From: Solirubrobacteraceae bacterium | GTDB lineage: Bacteria > Actinomycetota > Thermoleophilia > Solirubrobacterales > Solirubrobacteraceae | Reading direction: 5' to 3' | Assembly (NCBI GenBank): GCA_036271655.1 | Contig: DATBAE010000027.1 | Coordinates: forward strand, 23,411-87,410 | DNA: 64,000 nucleotides | Shown here: positions 1 to 7,686 of the stretch, piece after piece | Numbering within the stretch: position 1 is the stretch's first letter | How the letters are laid out: each line of letters opens with the position of its first letter | Made by a program: the position numbers and the translations under genes | Notes under the pieces: model-generated | Seen by the model: the letters and a program-made list of their open reading frames with translations, nothing else | Told to the model about the DNA's origin: nothing | Database searches by the model: none

Positions 1-114
1 CTCGGTCCGGGTGGAGCGCGCACCCGGCTGCGGATCAGCGGCGACGAGCGGCTTGCGGCAACTGTGCTCGACGGCTTCCTGCCCTCTGCCAGCCGTGGCG
101 TCCGCGCCGCCTGA
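1..114 (+). CDS. 3' end of an unidentified CDS that begins upstream of the window
   Basis: Frame 1 is open from base 1 to TGA at 112-114. Third codon positions are mostly G/C. The tail reads ...RLRISGDERLAATVLDGFLPSASRGVRAA and is too short to assign a family. Confidence 0.3.
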   Translation, partial: LGPGGARTRLRISGDERLAATVLDGFLPSASRGVRAA

Positions 115-231
115 CCGTCCGACGACACTCGCGCCGATATCGCAACCGTGCCGCCGCTGCCGGGTTACGCTCATGGACGCTCCCGTCGCTGCCGATGGGA
201 GCCGAGACCCCGCCGAAAGGAAGCACCTCTC

Positions 232-1188
232 GTGACCCGCCGTCTCCTGCCCACGCTGCTCGTCGCCGCCGCACTGCTCGCTCTGCCGGCCTGTGCCATG
301 GCGAAGGTCAACGTCGCCGTCGGAATCGGCGACCAGAGCGCGAAGATGTTCTCCGACCCGCATTGGCAGGCGCTCAAGCTGAAGAAGGCGCGCTACTTCA
401 TCGAGTGGAACACGATCGACCAGCCGACGGAGCTCGCGAAGGCCGATGCGTACATAAGCGCCGCGAAGAAGGCCGGCGTCAAGGTTCTGCTGCACATCTC
501 GACGGACGACATCAACTCGGTGCCGCGTCGTCCGCTGCCGAGCGTCGACGCCTACAAGGCGAAGGTCGGCGCGCTGATCAGGCGCTACCGCCCACAGGGC
601 GTCGTCGACTGGGGCGTCTGGAACGAGGCCAACCACAAGTCACAGCCGACCTCGACGAACCCCAAGCGCGCGGCGCAGTTCTACAAGGTCTTCAAGGGCA
701 TGTGCTCGGGCTGCAACATCGTCGCGCTCGACGTGCTCGACCAGGCCGGCGTCGCGAAGTACATCGCGAGCTGGTTCAAGGCCGCCGGCTCCTCCGGCAA
801 GACCGCGAAGATCTTCGGAATCCACAACTACTCGCAGGTCAACAGGCGGATCACGGCCAAGAAGGCCTCCGACCGCTACCCGGGCACGCAGCGCATCATC
901 GACGCGGTCCGCAAGCACAACACGAAGGCGAAGTTCTGGTACACGGAGACGGGCGGCCTGGCGAAGTTCGGCAGCGCGTTCCCGTGTAACAAGAGTCGTC
1001 AGGCGAACCGGACGAGCTTCATGTTCGACATGGTCAAGACGTACGACAAGGACGTCACGCGCCTGTACAGCTACAACTGGTACGGCGATGACTGCGTCAG
1101 CTTCGACGCCGGCCTGGTCGAGGCGAATGGGGCGCTGCGTCCCGCCTACTCGGTCTTCAAGAGCAAGCTGAAGAACGTCGAGCGCTAG
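232..1188 (+). CDS. secreted TIM-barrel glycoside hydrolase (clan GH-A-like, family unresolved)
   Basis: GTG at 232 is preceded by AGGAAG. Signal peptide RRLLPTLLVAAALLALPACAMA. WGVWNEANH (acid/base NE) and WYTETGG (nucleophile E) motifs. The upstream part of the 148..1188 ORF is Arg/Pro-rich and looks non-coding. Confidence 0.75.
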   Translation: MTRRLLPTLLVAAALLALPACAMAKVNVAVGIGDQSAKMFSDPHWQALKLKKARYFIEWNTIDQPTELAKADAYISAAKKAGVKVLLHISTDDINSVPRRPLPSVDAYKAKVGALIRRYRPQGVVDWGVWNEANHKSQPTSTNPKRAAQFYKVFKGMCSGCNIVALDVLDQAGVAKYIASWFKAAGSSGKTAKIFGIHNYSQVNRRITAKKASDRYPGTQRIIDAVRKHNTKAKFWYTETGGLAKFGSAFPCNKSRQANRTSFMFDMVKTYDKDVTRLYSYNWYGDDCVSFDAGLVEANGALRPAYSVFKSKLKNVER

Positions 1189-1229
1189 CGCGCGTCTCGC
1201 CGGGGCGCGCGCGTAGGATCTGCGCGCGC

Positions 1230-1313
1230 GCCCGGGTGGCCGAATGGCATAGGCGGGCGGTCTTAAAAACCGCTGTTCGAAAGAGCGTGCGGGTTCGAAT
1301 CCCGCCCCGGGCA
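1230..1313 (+). tRNA. tRNA-Leu (anticodon TAA)
   Basis: Cloverleaf folded by hand: acceptor GCCCGGG/CCCGGGC, anticodon stem GCGGT/ACCGC, loop CTTAAAA, long variable arm, T-arm GCGGG-TTCGAAT-CCCGC, discriminator A. No CCA is encoded. Confidence 0.9.
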
Positions 1314-1342
1314 TCCTCACGGTCTCCTCACGACCCGTGACC

Positions 1343-1362
1343 GTTCAGCCGATAGGCTGAAC
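1343..1362 (+). terminator. perfect 8-bp hairpin GTTCAGCC-GATA-GGCTGAAC, 30 nt after tRNA-Leu (terminator or operator)
   Basis: Inverted repeat read directly. No U-tract follows it. Confidence 0.35.
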
Positions 1363-1386
1363 GAACTTCGAAACTTCGACTCCGTA
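1363..1386 (+). promoter_or_regulatory. candidate ECF-type promoter, GAAC-N16-CGTA
   Basis: GAAC at 1363-1366 and CGTA at 1383-1386 with a 16-nt spacer. It lies about 50 nt upstream of the ATG of the ECF sigma gene and resembles the GAAC..CGT architecture of autoregulated ECF promoters. The spacer contains a tandem AACTTCGA AACTTCGA. Confidence 0.3.
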
Positions 1387-1436
1387 GCCGGGTTTGATAC
1401 TCGGCAGCGGCGAGGTTGATCATCTCGCGTCAGCAC

Positions 1437-3041
1437 ATGGAAGCCACAACTCTCAGCCACACCGTCCCGATCGGGATGCGGGGGCCCAGCCCCCTGCTCC
1501 GCCTGCAATCGGACGAGCGGCTGATCACGCTGGTGCGCCGCGGCAACAACGCCGCCTTCGAGATCCTCGTCGCCCGCTACCAGTCGCGCCTGCTGGCCTT
1601 CTGCCGCCACATGCTGGGCTCGCGCGAGGACGCCGAGGACGTCCTGCAGGAGGTCTTCGCCGCATCGTTCAACGCGATCGTGGCCGATGACCGCCCGATC
1701 CACGTGCGCCCCTGGCTCTACCGGATTGCGCGCAACCGCTCGCTGAACCACCTGCGCCGGACGCAGGCGATCGGCGTCGACTCGATGGACGTGCACATCT
1801 CCGAGGCCGGCATGACGACGGCTGACAAGGTCCACAAGCGCGAGGACTTCCGGCTGCTCGTCGCCGATGTGCAGGAGCTGCCCGAGACGCAGAAGACCGC
1901 GCTGCTGCTGCGCGAGATCGACGCGCTCTCCTATGAGCAGATCGCCGAGGCGATGGAGACGACGATCCCGTCGGTCAAGTCGCTGCTCGTGCGCGCACGC
2001 GTCTCGCTCGCCGAGGCTGCCGAGGCCCGCACGCTGACCTGCGAGCAGGTCCGCGATGAGCTCGGCGAGGTCGCCGAGGGCCTGCGACGCTCGACCGCGC
2101 CCGCTCGCCGGCACGTGCGCGGCTGCGAGCGCTGCCAGGGCTTCAAGGGGCAACTGCGCAATACGAACAAGGCGCTCGCCGCGGTCTTCCCGGTCGCGCC
2201 GCTGCTGCTCTTCAAGAAGGCGCTGCTGGCACAGTTCGGGATGTCCGCCTCGGCCGGCGCGGGCGGCGCTGCCGGCGCCGCAGCAGTGACCGTCGCAAGC
2301 GGCGGCGGGGCCTCGGCGATCTCGGCCGGGATCAGCACGATCGCGACGAAGACGGCAGCGACGCTCGCGGCCGCCGCGATCGTCACCGCCGGCGCAGTCG
2401 AGGTCAAGCACGTGCAGACGAAGCTCGCGGCCCCGAGCTACGCGACCGTCGCGAGCAACCCGCCGCCCGCCCGCAGCTCACACTCCGAGCCGGAGATCGT
2501 GGCGGCTGCGGAGCAGCGCTCGACGCCCGCGCCGCCGAAGACGGCGGTCGTCTCCGCGCCGACGCCGCACGGGATCCAGCCGCTGGCCGCGACCACGTCG
2601 TCCGTCTCAAAGGTCACGCCGGATGCGAACGCGGCCCTCGCGAGCGTCCTGTTCGGCCAGACCTCTCCGGTCGTGGCACCGACGGATAGCACGCAGGCCG
2701 CGACCGCGCCGGCGGCCCCGTCTGACGCCGGCGCTGCCGCAGCGCCCACGCCGCCGGCCGACACGACGTCGCCGCCCGCCGACACGTCGGACCCGACGAA
2801 GACCGGCGATCCCACGACCGACCCGACGAAGACCGGCGACCCGACGACCGATCCGACGAAGACCGGCGACCCGACGACGACGCCGACCGACGGCAGCGAC
2901 CCGACGACCGACCCGACATCGACCGGGTCCGGCACGACGAGTGGCAGCAGCACCGGCAGCGGCGGCACGGCGAAGTCGGGTACGAGCGGCACGAAGTCCG
3001 GCACCGGCAGCACCACCAGCACCGCCAAGTCGGCCCCGTAG
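1437..3041 (+). CDS. ECF (sigma-70 family) sigma factor fused to a ZAS-like anti-sigma motif, transmembrane region and Ala/Pro/Thr/Ser-rich tail
   Basis: Region 2 (DVLQEVFAASF, WLYRIARNRSLNHLRR) and region 4 (LPETQKTALLLREIDALSYEQIAEAMETTIPSVKSLLVRAR). These are followed by H-x3-C-x2-C (HVRGCERCQ), hydrophobic segments (AAVFPVAPLLLFKKALLAQF, TLAAAAIVTAGAV) and a low-complexity tail. An alternative TTG start is at 1416. Confidence 0.85.
   Translation: MEATTLSHTVPIGMRGPSPLLRLQSDERLITLVRRGNNAAFEILVARYQSRLLAFCRHMLGSREDAEDVLQEVFAASFNAIVADDRPIHVRPWLYRIARNRSLNHLRRTQAIGVDSMDVHISEAGMTTADKVHKREDFRLLVADVQELPETQKTALLLREIDALSYEQIAEAMETTIPSVKSLLVRARVSLAEAAEARTLTCEQVRDELGEVAEGLRRSTAPARRHVRGCERCQGFKGQLRNTNKALAAVFPVAPLLLFKKALLAQFGMSASAGAGGAAGAAAVTVASGGGASAISAGISTIATKTAATLAAAAIVTAGAVEVKHVQTKLAAPSYATVASNPPPARSSHSEPEIVAAAEQRSTPAPPKTAVVSAPTPHGIQPLAATTSSVSKVTPDANAALASVLFGQTSPVVAPTDSTQAATAPAAPSDAGAAAAPTPPADTTSPPADTSDPTKTGDPTTDPTKTGDPTTDPTKTGDPTTTPTDGSDPTTDPTSTGSGTTSGSSTGSGGTAKSGTSGTKSGTGSTTSTAKSAP
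2790..2909 (+). repeat. in-frame 30-nt tandem repeat (3 near-identical and 1 degenerate copy) encoding DPTKTGDPTT
   Basis: Units at 2790-2819, 2820-2849 and 2850-2879 differ by 2-3 nt. 2880-2909 is degenerate. The repeat lies inside the sigma-factor tail. Confidence 0.9.
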
Positions 3042-3094
3042 CCCACAACGCCGGCATCGGCGCCGACCGAGGTGAACCGCCCGTCGACGCGTGA

Positions 3095-3424
3095 TCAGGC
3101 GATGCGGTCGCCCGGCTGCGAGCCCACATCGGGCTCGAGCAGCAGGACCGGGTGATCGTCGGCCACGGCGCCGAGCACGAGCACCTCGGAGCGCACCGGT
3201 CCGATTTGCCGCGGCGGGAAGTTCACGACGCCGACGACGAGCCGGCCGACGAGCTCTTCTCGCGGATAGCTCGTGATCTGCGCCGAGGAGCGCTTCTCGC
3301 CGATCTCGGGACCGAAGTCGATGCGCAGCTTCCAGGCCGGCTTGCGTGCCTCGGGGAACTCGTCGACGGCGACGATCCGCCCGACGCGCATGTCGACCTT
3401 CTCGAAGTCCGCCCACTCGATCAC
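3095..3424 (-). CDS. csaA: CsaA-type tRNA-binding (EMAP/MetRS C-terminal-like) domain protein
   Basis: MIEWADFEKVDMRVGRIVAVDEFPEARKPAWKLRIDFG..., typical CsaA/YgjH fold sequence. The GTG start overlaps the upstream stop (GTGA). Confidence 0.85.
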   Translation of the reverse strand: MIEWADFEKVDMRVGRIVAVDEFPEARKPAWKLRIDFGPEIGEKRSSAQITSYPREELVGRLVVGVVNFPPRQIGPVRSEVLVLGAVADDHPVLLLEPDVGSQPGDRIA

Positions 3425-4071
3425 GCCGTGCCGCCCGAGCGGTCGGTGCCGAATCGGAACGAGCGCAACGCCATCTTCAGCGCGCCGTGACTGCCGATCT
3501 CGGCGGCGTTCGGCGTGCCCGCCGCCGGCGTCGACTCGAGCTCGAGGATCACGCCCTCGCGCACGCCGTCGGGGTCGTCGGGCACGAGCAGGTAGTGGCG
3601 CACATAGAGGCGCCGCGAGCCGATCCGCGAGTTGAACGTCACCTCATAGCCGATCGCGTTGTTGATCCGTGCGCGGCCCTCGCCGACGAACTGAAAGCCC
3701 GGATAGCGCGCGCCGAGCGTGCGCAGGTAGTGCGTCGCGTAGACCGGGAGCAGCCCGCCGACTGCGCCGCGGTACGGCGGCAGCTTCAGCTCGCGGATCC
3801 GGTACGCGTCGAGGAAGAGGCCGTTGCGCTCGTTGCGCAACGAGACGAGCGTCCCGGGCGCATGCAGGCGCGTGAACTGCGGGCCGTAGGCGAAGTTGAA
3901 CGTGACCGGCTCGCGGACCAGCAGCGCCGTCTCGTCGGGGCGCGACAGGACCACGCCGACGATCGCGGCGAGCACGACCGCGCCCGCCAGCACCACCGCG
4001 CCGACCCGCACCGCCAGGGAGCGGACGGCGAGCAGCTGCGGCAGCGTCGGGCCGTATTCGGCCTTGATCAC
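3421..4071 (-). CDS. hypothetical single-pass membrane protein
   Basis: One N-terminal TM helix (VGAVVLAGAVVLAAIVGVVL) followed by a varied-composition domain of about 170 aa. 4-nt overlaps with both neighbours. Confidence 0.7.
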   Translation of the reverse strand: MIKAEYGPTLPQLLAVRSLAVRVGAVVLAGAVVLAAIVGVVLSRPDETALLVREPVTFNFAYGPQFTRLHAPGTLVSLRNERNGLFLDAYRIRELKLPPYRGAVGGLLPVYATHYLRTLGARYPGFQFVGEGRARINNAIGYEVTFNSRIGSRRLYVRHYLLVPDDPDGVREGVILELESTPAAGTPNAAEIGSHGALKMALRSFRFGTDRSGGTA

Positions 4072-4343
4072 TGCCCGATCGAGAACATCGTCTCCAGGTC
4101 ATGCCGGGAGAACGCCTCGAACGCGACCATCGTGTGCGTCCGAGCGACGCCGTGCATCGACGAGATCCGGTTCGTGACGACGCGCGACAGCTCCTCGTGC
4201 TCCTTGACGTGCACGATGCACACGAAGTCCCATTCGCCGGTGACCGAATAGGCCTCCCGCACGCCGTCGACCTCGGCCAGCGATCCGCCAAGTGTCGACA
4301 TCACGTCCCGCTCAGCCTCGACGAGCACGATCGCATGTGTCAT
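4068..4343 (-). CDS. stand-alone Lrp/AsnC-type ligand-binding (RAM) domain protein, no HTH
   Basis: 91 aa. AIVLVEAE...VREAYSVTGEWDFVCIVHVKEHEEL...VARTHTMVAF is the classic AsnC C-terminal domain pattern. Confidence 0.8.
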   Translation of the reverse strand: MTHAIVLVEAERDVMSTLGGSLAEVDGVREAYSVTGEWDFVCIVHVKEHEELSRVVTNRISSMHGVARTHTMVAFEAFSRHDLETMFSIGQ

Positions 4344-4687
4344 TCCGCGTCCCCTTGTTCGTTGTCGTGGCGCTGTATCGCCAGTTCACGCGCGAGCTCG
4401 AAGCCGACCGACACGCCGACGAGCATGCCCAGCCGCGTCTCCTCTTCGACGAGCGCCTGGATCGCCGCGAGCCGCGCGGCGGGATCCTCGGTGCCGGCCG
4501 CGTTCGCAAGCTGCGCGTCGTGCGCCTGATCGAACCAGCCGCCCTGCTGCAACGCCTCGGCGAGGACGATCTGCAGGCCGGGCGCGGCGTGCGTCACGAT
4601 CTCCTGCGCGTGTCCGAAGCGCTCGGGATCGGACAGCGCGCTGACCGCGGCGTCGACCTCCTCGGCGCTGTAGCGCGTATGCGTCAT
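4340..4687 (-). CDS. hypothetical soluble protein (115 aa)
   Basis: ATG at 4687 overlaps the upstream stop (ATGA). This is the C-terminal part of track ORF 4340..5536, which has protein-like composition. The upstream part of that ORF is Arg-rich alternative-frame noise over the rhomboid-like gene. Confidence 0.65.
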   Translation of the reverse strand: MTHTRYSAEEVDAAVSALSDPERFGHAQEIVTHAAPGLQIVLAEALQQGGWFDQAHDAQLANAAGTEDPAARLAAIQALVEEETRLGMLVGVSVGFELARELAIQRHDNEQGDAE

Positions 4688-5511
4688 ATCGCCGAGCGCC
4701 GGGCGACCGCATAGCCGAGCCCCGCGATCGCGCCGGCGGCGGCGCCGAACAGGCCGGCGAGCGCGCTGCCCTGCGACAGCAGCGGAACGAGCAGCAGGAC
4801 CGCGCCGACGACGAGGACGCCGAGCAGGTCGGCGTCGTCCTCGATACCGCGGCGGCGGGCCACCAGCACCGGCACCACCCAGGCGCAGAGGAGGCCGAGC
4901 GCGGCGCCGTGGGTGCCGAAGACGAGCGAGCCCGGGTCGACCGCCGATGCCGCGGCGAGCGCCCCCGGGCCGCAGATCAAGAACAGCGCGACGACCGCGA
5001 TCGGACCCATCCGGCGCTCGATCAGCCAGCCGAACAGGCCCACGCCGACGACCGTCGCGAACTGAGCGGTCGTGCCGTCGTTCAGCAGCGAGGCGGTGAA
5101 GAACCGCCACGGATCGCCGTCGAACGCCCTGATCGCGAAGTCGGACTGCACGTAGAAGGCGAGCGACAGCCAGAGGCCGAACGAGAGCACGACGAGCACC
5201 ATCGTCGCGTAGGGCCGTCGGTGCTCGTCGCCGCGGATCCCGGGGATCTCGCCGCTTCGCAGCCGGCCGAGGCGCGGTGCGGCGGGCTTGGCGGGCTTCG
5301 CCGGCCGGCTCTTGAGCCGCGCCCCGTCCCGCCGCGCGACGCCCGGGATCCGCGAGCCGCGCTTGGGCGGCTTGGCGGGCGGGTCGTCGGGACGATCGAT
5401 CCGCGGAGCCCGCTTGCGCAGGCGCGTGCCGCAATATGGGCACTCCGTGATGTACGGGCTGACCTCTGATTGGCAGTTCTTGCAAACCACGAAGAGGTCG
5501 GGGGACGACAT
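4684..5511 (-). CDS. rhomboid-family membrane protein with N-terminal zinc ribbon; catalytic Ser/His apparently absent
   Basis: CKNCQSEVSPYITECPYCG zinc ribbon. WRFFTASLL and GTHGAALGLLCAW align by eye to the rhomboid WR and GxSGaxxGl motifs, with Ser replaced by His. Multiple TM segments. Confidence 0.75.
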   Translation of the reverse strand: MSSPDLFVVCKNCQSEVSPYITECPYCGTRLRKRAPRIDRPDDPPAKPPKRGSRIPGVARRDGARLKSRPAKPAKPAAPRLGRLRSGEIPGIRGDEHRRPYATMVLVVLSFGLWLSLAFYVQSDFAIRAFDGDPWRFFTASLLNDGTTAQFATVVGVGLFGWLIERRMGPIAVVALFLICGPGALAAASAVDPGSLVFGTHGAALGLLCAWVVPVLVARRRGIEDDADLLGVLVVGAVLLLVPLLSQGSALAGLFGAAAGAIAGLGYAVARRSAI

Positions 5512-5563
5512 ACCAGTCGATTCTACGGACCGGCAACCGCCAGGTCGCGGACTCTTGCGCTCG

Positions 5564-6685
5564 TTACAGCGCGGTCGCTGCGACGATCTCCCGCATCACC
5601 TCGTTGAGGTCATGGTTGGCCTCGTAGACGACGATCTGGCGCGACGCGCCGTTGCCGCGCTCGAGCAGGTCGCGAACGCCGTCGAGCGCGTCCGCGCCGC
5701 CGAGTTGCTGCGCATGCGGCTCGAGCCGCTCGAGCAGCCGCTTGGTGAGTGCCTTCGTCGTGACGCGCTCGCTGGAGGGCAGGTCGACGATCTCGCCCTC
5801 GAGGCCGTGGCGAGCTGCGAGCCACTTGTTCTCATCGAGCATCTGCCAGGGATACTCGGCGAGCCGGGTGCCGGCGTCGTAGTGCTCGGCGAGCTCGTGG
5901 ACCATCGCCTGGATGAGCGCCGTCAGGGCGATCGTGTGCTCGAGCCGGGTCTGCGAGTCGCAGACCCGGATCTCGACCGTGCCGAGGTTCGGATGCGGGC
6001 GCACGTCATACCAGAGGTACGTGTAGTCCTCCATGACGCCGCTTGCGACCATGAACGCGACCTGGCGCTCCCAGTCGTCCCAGTCGGCATAGGCCGGGGG
6101 CATGCCGACGCGGGGGAAGGCGCGGAAGATCGGCGTGCGCGTCGACAGCAGCCCTGTACGGTCGCCGCGCCAGAACGGCGAGTTGGCGCTCAGCGCGAGC
6201 AGCACCGGGATGTGGACGCGCATGCCGTTGGCGACATGGATCGCCTTGTCCGCGTCGTCGATCCCGACGTGGACATGCATGCCGAAGATGAGCTCCTGGC
6301 GCGCGACGAAGCGCAGCGCCGAGATCAGGTCGCGGTAGCGCGGGCGCGCGACGATCCGCTGGTCCTCCCACATCGCGAACGGATGCGTGCCCGCGGAGCC
6401 GATGCTGAGCTCGCGCCCGGCGGCGGCCCCGCGTACGTTGCGGCGCAGGGCGCGCAACTGCTCGCCGGCGTCGCCGACGCTCGCGCATGGCTTCGTCGCG
6501 ATCTCCAGCACCGACTCCATGAGCTCGGGCTTGATCTCGCCGTGCTCGCGGTCGACGTCGGAGGCGCCGGAGTCCTCGAGCAGCGACTCGATCGCGTTGA
6601 CGAGCGCAAGGTTCGAGGCGTCGACGATCATCAACTCCTCCTCGACCCCGACCGTGTAGCTCGGCCCGGTGAAGTTTGCGCGCAT
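5564..6685 (-). CDS. ybdK: carboxylate-amine ligase, YbdK / glutamate-cysteine ligase family 2
   Basis: YTVGVEEELMIVD..., IFGMHVHVGI... and LSANSPFWRG are GCS2 hallmarks. I chose the start at the internal ATG 6685; the ORF extends to 6736. Confidence 0.85.
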   Translation of the reverse strand: MRANFTGPSYTVGVEEELMIVDASNLALVNAIESLLEDSGASDVDREHGEIKPELMESVLEIATKPCASVGDAGEQLRALRRNVRGAAAGRELSIGSAGTHPFAMWEDQRIVARPRYRDLISALRFVARQELIFGMHVHVGIDDADKAIHVANGMRVHIPVLLALSANSPFWRGDRTGLLSTRTPIFRAFPRVGMPPAYADWDDWERQVAFMVASGVMEDYTYLWYDVRPHPNLGTVEIRVCDSQTRLEHTIALTALIQAMVHELAEHYDAGTRLAEYPWQMLDENKWLAARHGLEGEIVDLPSSERVTTKALTKRLLERLEPHAQQLGGADALDGVRDLLERGNGASRQIVVYEANHDLNEVMREIVAATAL

Positions 6686-6864
6686 CGCGGCGGAGCGTAC
6701 CCGGACGCCCGCTTGGATTCGCGCGCTGCAGCGCATGTTGGCAACGCCCGTTCAGGGCACCGGCCACCGGGTCATGTGACGTTCGTGTCGCCGCGCACGC
6801 AGCTTCGTGACGATTCTGCCCCTGCGCGATCGCAGCCACCGCCCGCGCCTAGCGTGTCCACACG

Positions 6865-7371
6865 ATGTCCCTGCACCGCCTCATCACGATTCTGCTTGCC
6901 GGCGCGATCGGCGCCGCCGTCCTCGCCGCCGGCGGCCTGTTCGACGGTGCCGCGAGGCGCGGGGCTGGCGAGGTCGGGCGCGTCGTGAAGGTCGTCGACG
7001 GCGACACGATCGACGTGCGGCTCGGCGACACGGTCGAGCGTGTGCGGTACATCGGCGTCGACACGCCTGAGACGAAGGATCCACGCAAGCCTGTGCAGTG
7101 CTACGGGCAGCGGGCCTCGGATTTCAACACCCGGCTCGTCGGTGGCGCGGCGGTCCGGCTCGTGCGCGACGTCGAGCCGCGTGATCGCTACGGCCGACTG
7201 CTCGCCTACGTCTACCGCGTCCACGACGGCCTCTTCGTCAACGCCGAACTCGCCCGCCTCGGCTACGCGCACCCTCTCACGATCGCTCCGGACGTCCACT
7301 TCGCCGATCGCTTTGCAGCCCTCGCTGGCGATGCGCGCGAGCACGGCCGCGGGCTCTGGTCGGCCTGTTGA
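6865..7371 (+). CDS. secreted thermonuclease (staphylococcal nuclease-like)
   Basis: Signal/TM segment ITILLAGAIGAAVLAAG. VVDGDTIDVRLGD..VRYIGVDTPE and DRYGRLLAYVY are SNase motifs. Confidence 0.85.
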   Translation: MSLHRLITILLAGAIGAAVLAAGGLFDGAARRGAGEVGRVVKVVDGDTIDVRLGDTVERVRYIGVDTPETKDPRKPVQCYGQRASDFNTRLVGGAAVRLVRDVEPRDRYGRLLAYVYRVHDGLFVNAELARLGYAHPLTIAPDVHFADRFAALAGDAREHGRGLWSAC

Positions 7372-7404
7372 TTGTCGGCGATGTGGGCTAACCTCCCGTA
7401 ACGC

Positions 7405-7650
7405 ATGGCAACCAAGATGCGCCAGTCCATCGATGAGTTCGAGCGTGCGTTCGTCGAGGAGACCTATGTCGACCGCGTGCGGCGCGACTCGTTGCGGCGC
7501 AAGGCGATCATGCGGTCGCGTCAGCGCAGCCTGGACAAGGTCCACAAGCGCGGCACGGCGCGCTTCTTCATGCTCGTGCTGATGATCGTCGCGACGGCCG
7601 TCGTCGTGACGATCGCGATGTTCCAGACGCTCGCCTACGTGATGGGCTGA
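7405..7650 (+). CDS. hypothetical tail-anchored small membrane protein
   Basis: 81 aa, with a charged N-terminal half and a C-terminal TM helix FFMLVLMIVATAVVVTIAMF. Confidence 0.6.
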   Translation: MATKMRQSIDEFERAFVEETYVDRVRRDSLRRKAIMRSRQRSLDKVHKRGTARFFMLVLMIVATAVVVTIAMFQTLAYVMG

Positions 7651-7651
7651 T

Positions 7652-7676
7652 CGTCGGGCGCTGCGCGCGCCTGACG
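7652..7676. terminator. 10-bp stem hairpin between convergent genes
   Basis: CGTCGGGCGC-tgcgc-GCGCCTGACG (one G.U pair). It sits between the stop at 7650 (+) and the csrA stop at 7687 (-). Confidence 0.35.
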
Positions 7677-7686
7677 AGCCACTGAC

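Noticed and set aside
640-1320. 226-aa minus-strand ORF covering the tRNA-Leu locus and the end of the glycosidase gene
   Set aside because: Its first 30 codons are simply the antisense of a well-folding tRNA. The rest is antisense to a motif-bearing CDS.
2790-2909. CRISPR-like regular repeats
   Set aside because: The 30-nt units are directly adjacent with no spacers. They are in-frame within a long CDS and encode a peptide repeat. The same reasoning applies to the 21-nt repeat at 61129-61183. No CRISPR array or cas gene is present in the window.
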